NCBI GenBank assembly: GCA_964550945.1
Contig: CAZKBD010000002.1
Coordinates: forward strand, 16,727-42,146
DNA: 25,420 bases
Direction of reading: 5' to 3'
DNA from: an uncultured Methanosarcinales archaeon
GTDB taxonomy: Archaea > Nanobdellota > Nanobdellia > Woesearchaeales > CAZKBD01
How positions within the stretch are numbered: the stretch's first letter is position 1; every line of letters begins with the position of its first letter. Below, piece after piece: positions 22,226-25,420 of this stretch. The notes under the pieces were generated by a model, which was given only the letters and a program-made list of their open reading frames with translations, did no database searches and was not told the DNA's origin. Made by a program: the position numbers and the translations under genes.

Positions 22226-22809
22226 TATTTCACACCTAGTATCTTCTTCTTAGCCTCTTCAAACAATTTTCCGATATCTTCTGGATCAACATTATTTTTT
22301 AAATAGAGGCTGAACATTTTTTTATACTCTTCGTGGTTTTTTTTCATAAGGCCAGCATACTTCTTGATGTGATCGCCTTTAATCCTATCTTCTGATGGCA
22401 GGATATCAGCTGAATGAGGAACATTTATCCCCACATCAAAAACGCCTTTTATAACAGCATAAATCCTGCTGCCTTTTACTGATTTGTTGAAACCCATGTC
22501 AAGCACAAAATCATTCAAGCCTTTTTCTTTTGCTCTTTTTGCCAACAAAAGGCCAGTGAGATATGCTCCAGGAACATTTCCTTTGCCGGCTTTCCATCCG
22601 AATTTGTCCAGCTCAGAAGAATGGGCTGATAACACTACTTTATCTCCTTGAGGAGTGTACTCCACAACCTGCGCAAGAATGTTTTTTAGCGATTTTCTAA
22701 TTACTAATCTTCTTTTGCCTGAAAGCAATAACTTTAATCTTTTCTTGTAATTAGTCAACCCTTTTCGTTTTCTCCTGAATTGCACAGGATTAGTTCTTGA
22801 TTGTTTCAT
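22225..22809 (-). CDS. rpl18: ribosomal protein uL18
   Basis: FRRKRKGLTNYKKRLKLLLSGKRRLVIRKSLKNILAQVV, and the operon position. Confidence 0.9.
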   Translation of the reverse strand: MKQSRTNPVQFRRKRKGLTNYKKRLKLLLSGKRRLVIRKSLKNILAQVVEYTPQGDKVVLSAHSSELDKFGWKAGKGNVPGAYLTGLLLAKRAKEKGLNDFVLDMGFNKSVKGSRIYAVIKGVFDVGINVPHSADILPSEDRIKGDHIKKYAGLMKKNHEEYKKMFSLYLKNNVDPEDIGKLFEEAKKKILGVK

Positions 22810-23249
22810 TTTAAACCACGTTCTTGCAAGTATAACTTAATATGCCTTCTGCTTCTGAAAAACCCACCTTTGCATTTCAGATAAAGCTCCCTATAAGATT
22901 GTTTTGAAATAACTCCTTTTTGCTTGAGCCTTCTTATAAGGTCTCTTTGTGATCTTATTGTATTCATCCATAATCTTTTCCTAGGTAATCTTGAAGTCTT
23001 CTTTCCCTTCCTACTGCCTGGGCCTTGCTGCCTGCCTTTTCTTTTTTGTATTGCTCTTTTTCTGGCCCTTCCTCTCGAAATGCCTTTCTTTTGTTTTCTT
23101 GTGATAACTCCATCATTAATGAGGCCCCTGATGTCTGCTTTTGTAATTGATTCCTTGATATCCTCTAATGAGGCTTGGTCAAATATAACCCTTTTTGGTG
23201 AACACTTAAGGATTTGAGCAGCCAGCCTTTTTTGGGTGTTTAGTTTCAT
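22806..23249 (-). CDS. rpl19e: ribosomal protein eL19
   Basis: MKLNTQKRLAAQILKCSPKRVIFD...GRQQGPGSRKGKK. The track's start at 23258 is a GTG, so I prefer the ATG at 23249. Confidence 0.85.
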   Translation of the reverse strand: MKLNTQKRLAAQILKCSPKRVIFDQASLEDIKESITKADIRGLINDGVITRKQKKGISRGRARKRAIQKRKGRQQGPGSRKGKKTSRLPRKRLWMNTIRSQRDLIRRLKQKGVISKQSYRELYLKCKGGFFRSRRHIKLYLQERGLK

Positions 23250-23254
23250 TATGA

Positions 23255-23848
23255 TCACTCAGCATCTTTCTTGGTTAATAGCTTGTCCTTCTCTTGTTTC
23301 TCTCTTGCTACCTTCTCTTCTTCATTTTCTATCTTCTCAGCAAGCCCTTCCTTCTTTTCATCTTTCTCATTTGCTTTTTTCTTAAGCTCTTTTTCCTTCT
23401 CTTTCTTTTTCTCTTTGAGGCTTTTTGTCTTTTCAACCCTCTTCTTGAAGTCTTCCTCAATTTTTATTGCTATTGAGTTAGCATCTTTGAAATTCAAAAC
23501 CTTGATGCTATTTTCAAGAGCTTTTTTCAACAAGTCAAGCCTCTTCTTCTTGCCAACCGAGGCAGATATTATGATGCCCTCTTTTTTCTTATCTATGTTG
23601 TCAAGATCGTTTAAGTTGGAAACAAATATTATTTTTAATCCGCTTCTGTCTAAACCCCTGACAGAAACTGGTGACCTATAACCTGAACTAACACATTTGC
23701 TGCGGCCGCCAAATCCATGCCTCATCTTTGAGTGAACTCCTTTAGGCTTTCTCCATTCAATGCCTAGCTTCTTCCTTTTATGGGAGTCCTCTCTGACAAA
23801 ATCCGGCTTCTTTTTTTTCATGGCCCTTCTTAATTCCAGATGGTTCAT
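23255..23848 (-). CDS. rpl32e: ribosomal protein eL32 with a Lys/Glu-rich C-terminal tail of about 65 aa
   Basis: KPDFVREDSHKRKKLGIEWRKPKGVHSKMRHGFGGRSKCVSSGYRSP is the eL32 core. A KE tail runs from about residue 128. Confidence 0.9.
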   Translation of the reverse strand: MNHLELRRAMKKKKPDFVREDSHKRKKLGIEWRKPKGVHSKMRHGFGGRSKCVSSGYRSPVSVRGLDRSGLKIIFVSNLNDLDNIDKKKEGIIISASVGKKKRLDLLKKALENSIKVLNFKDANSIAIKIEEDFKKRVEKTKSLKEKKKEKEKELKKKANEKDEKKEGLAEKIENEEEKVAREKQEKDKLLTKKDAE

Positions 23849-24399
23849 TTGATATCCTCACCATTCTTGTTAATGATAAAAATTCCGTCCTGAAAAATTC
23901 GTGTATCAAATCTTGTTCTTCTTGTCAGCAATTCTATATCAGCTGCAACTTGGCTGACTAATTCTATATCAATCCCTTCTACTGTCACGATATCGCCGCT
24001 AACAGCAACTTTAGCTCTTGGCTTAATCTTCAAGACTCTTGGCACCTTCTCTCCCAAGAAATTTTTTACAACAAATTTATCTCCTTCGACAGAGACATTC
24101 ATTGGGAAATGGCCGGCACAGATCTTTAGCTTGTATATGCATCCCTCATTTACGCCCCTTATCATATTCTTGATATGGGCTTTAAACGATCCAACAATCT
24201 TCTTTTCTCTTTTTGAGGATTTTTTTACTTGGATAGATAAGTTATTGCCATTCACATCCAGGGCCACATTTGGGTATACTAATCTTTTTTTCACTTCTCC
24301 TTTAGGCCCCTTAATATTTACTATATCCTTATCTATTGAAACAGAAGTACCATGGGGAATTTCAATTTCTGCTCCGATATTCTTTTCTTTGCCTTTCAT
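23845..24399 (-). CDS. rpl6: ribosomal protein uL6
   Basis: Two-domain uL6 pattern (IEIPHGTSVSIDKDIVNIKGPKGEV..., KICAGHFPMNVSVEGDKFVVKNFLGEK), and the operon position. Confidence 0.9.
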   Translation of the reverse strand: MKGKEKNIGAEIEIPHGTSVSIDKDIVNIKGPKGEVKKRLVYPNVALDVNGNNLSIQVKKSSKREKKIVGSFKAHIKNMIRGVNEGCIYKLKICAGHFPMNVSVEGDKFVVKNFLGEKVPRVLKIKPRAKVAVSGDIVTVEGIDIELVSQVAADIELLTRRTRFDTRIFQDGIFIINKNGEDIK

Positions 24400-24400
24400 C

Positions 24401-24790
24401 TTAATAACAATAAGCTAATAATACCCCGCCAAGCCCTTTTTCCTTGGCTTGGGTATGAGTCATGATGCCTTTTGGCGTTGATACAATAATAATACCAAAT
24501 CCTTTAGCAGGAAGATACCTTTTTTCGAACATTTCAAATCCGCCCTTCTTTACAGAGTATCTCGGTTTAATTGCGCCGCACATATTTATCCTGCCTAGCA
24601 AACTTACCTTGAGTATATCCCCTTTGTTGTCGCTTATCTCCTTAAATTCGCCTATATACAGGTTCTCATTCATTAATTTAAAGACTTCTTTAATAAGTTT
24701 GGATATAGGCTTGATTAGGCATTCTTTCTTGCTTACCTTTTCGCTGTTAAGTATCGCTGATAAAGCATTAGCTAATGGGTCGTTTAACAT
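24401..24790 (-). CDS. rps8: ribosomal protein uS8
   Basis: [40 protein letters not shown] overlaps the uS14 stop codon. Confidence 0.9.
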   Translation of the reverse strand: MLNDPLANALSAILNSEKVSKKECLIKPISKLIKEVFKLMNENLYIGEFKEISDNKGDILKVSLLGRINMCGAIKPRYSVKKGGFEMFEKRYLPAKGFGIIIVSTPKGIMTHTQAKEKGLGGVLLAYCY

Positions 24791-24797
24791 TTTTACC

Positions 24798-25028
24798 TCA
24801 ACTATATTTTTTGAACCCTATTTTAGGGGCTATTTCCCTAAAGCATTGCCTGCAAAGCTCCAGACCATATTTGCTTATATGCGCTCCGATTCTGCCGCAT
24901 CTCCTGCATCTCTTTGCACTAAATCCAGTTTTCCTCTCTTTCGGGCAGTTAAATTTGGCATATCTTTTAAGCTTGGTTGGCTTTGCTCTTAACTGCTTCA
25001 ATACTTTAGTATGTGAACTGTAACTCAT
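24798..25028 (-). CDS. rps14: ribosomal protein uS14 (zinc-binding type), with about 20 extra N-terminal residues
   Basis: [36 protein letters not shown] is the CxxC...CxxC zinc type. An ATGA overlap with the uL5 stop supports the long start. Confidence 0.85.
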   Translation of the reverse strand: MSYSSHTKVLKQLRAKPTKLKRYAKFNCPKERKTGFSAKRCRRCGRIGAHISKYGLELCRQCFREIAPKIGFKKYS

Positions 25029-25420
25029 TCTTCTTCACCTATCTTAATACCAAATTCCTTTGTCATAAATTCTATCGATTCCTCTTTAGTAATCCTGTGT
25101 CTTCTTGGTATCTTCCTTTTCTTTATGCTTCGCCTTTTGATCCTAAAACCATTTCTTTCTAAACTAATGCATACCTCTAATCCCATAACTCCGATTTTGG
25201 GATCATATTTAACTCCAGTTATATCAATATATTCAGGAATGCCAAAAGCTACATTGCCTTCATTATCAAATTGCCCTTTCTTTAAGGTGCGACTTGCTGC
25301 ATCCAGCAGCCTATTAAGAAGTTCTTTTGCTTTTTTACCTCTTAATGTTATCTTGCAACCGATAGCCAAACCAGGCCTTATACCCCAATCAGGTATCCTT
25401 TTATCGGAAACTGTCTTTAC
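25025..25420 (-). CDS. rpl5: ribosomal protein uL5, 5' end outside window
   Basis: The frame stays open upstream of the track's internal Met: [35 protein letters not shown]...FGIPEYIDI...[20 protein letters not shown]. Confidence 0.85.
   Translation of the reverse strand, partial: VKTVSDKRIPDWGIRPGLAIGCKITLRGKKAKELLNRLLDAASRTLKKGQFDNEGNVAFGIPEYIDITGVKYDPKIGVMGLEVCISLERNGFRIKRRSIKKRKIPRRHRITKEESIEFMTKEFGIKIGEEE

Noticed and set aside
20279-22253. Several plus-strand ORFs of 68-127 aa (20279-20539, 20655-20996, 21059-21265, 21278-21481, 21725-22051, 21870-22253)
   Set aside because: All are antisense to secY, uL15, uL30 and uS5, and none has independent support.
23250-23258. GTG start given by the ORF track for eL19 (MIIM...)
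   Set aside because: The codon at 23258 is GTG. The ATG at 23249 gives the conserved MKLNTQKRLAA N-terminus.
23271-23681. 136-aa plus-strand ORF (and 23294-23476), rich in S/F/L
   Set aside because: This is the reverse-complement shadow of the Lys/Glu-rich eL32 tail. Low-complexity purine/pyrimidine asymmetry keeps the antisense frame open.
24462-24992. 176-aa plus-strand ORF (and the overlapping 24775-25023 ORF) across the uS8/uS14 region
   Set aside because: It is antisense to strongly recognisable ribosomal protein genes. The composition is Ser/Leu/Phe/Ile-rich, typical of shadow ORFs in AT-rich DNA, and there is no promoter context.
1-25420. Scan for rRNA, tRNA, CRISPR arrays and large intergenic ncRNA candidates
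   Set aside because: Coding density is very high. The longest non-coding gaps are about 60-90 nt and are occupied by promoter elements or the relic. I saw no GC-rich cloverleaf-like segment and no repeat-spacer periodicity.

Overview
This is an AT-rich archaeal chromosome segment. The archaeal call rests on the archaea/eukaryote-specific ribosomal proteins eL14, eL34, eL19 and eL32, a PAN proteasomal ATPase, and TATA boxes about 27 nt upstream of first-gene ATGs. The tight, overlapping genes suggest a reduced, DPANN-like genome, but that taxon is inference only.

- **17.7-25.4 kb (minus strand):** the distal part of the conserved ribosomal-protein/secY operon, in the order uL5-uS14-uS8-uL6-eL32-eL19-uL18-uS5-uL30-uL15-SecY-DUF106(Oxa1/YidC-like)-eL34-eL14. 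It lacks adk and cmk, which I recall sitting here in many archaea. eL14 and eL32 carry long Lys/Glu-rich tails.
- **12.7-17.7 kb:** PAN, followed by a glmS-GNAT-GT-C trio that looks like a glycosylation module.
- **1.9-10.5 kb:** a peptidase-dense block. It holds an M16 peptidase, an M24 Xaa-Pro peptidase, a 956-aa secreted Cys-rich M64-like metallopeptidase with three dockerin-like modules, a translationally coupled small secreted protein, and two tandem M29 aminopeptidase paralogues.
- **10.5-11.8 kb (most unusual):** a self-contained wHTH-nucleotidyltransferase/HEPN two-gene cassette with its own promoter. It is bracketed by an imperfect duplication of the last 17 codons of the adjacent M29 gene, which looks like an insertion scar, and no recombinase is present.

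I recognised no rRNA, tRNA, CRISPR array, transposase or integrase. All family calls come from motif recognition by eye; no searches were run.
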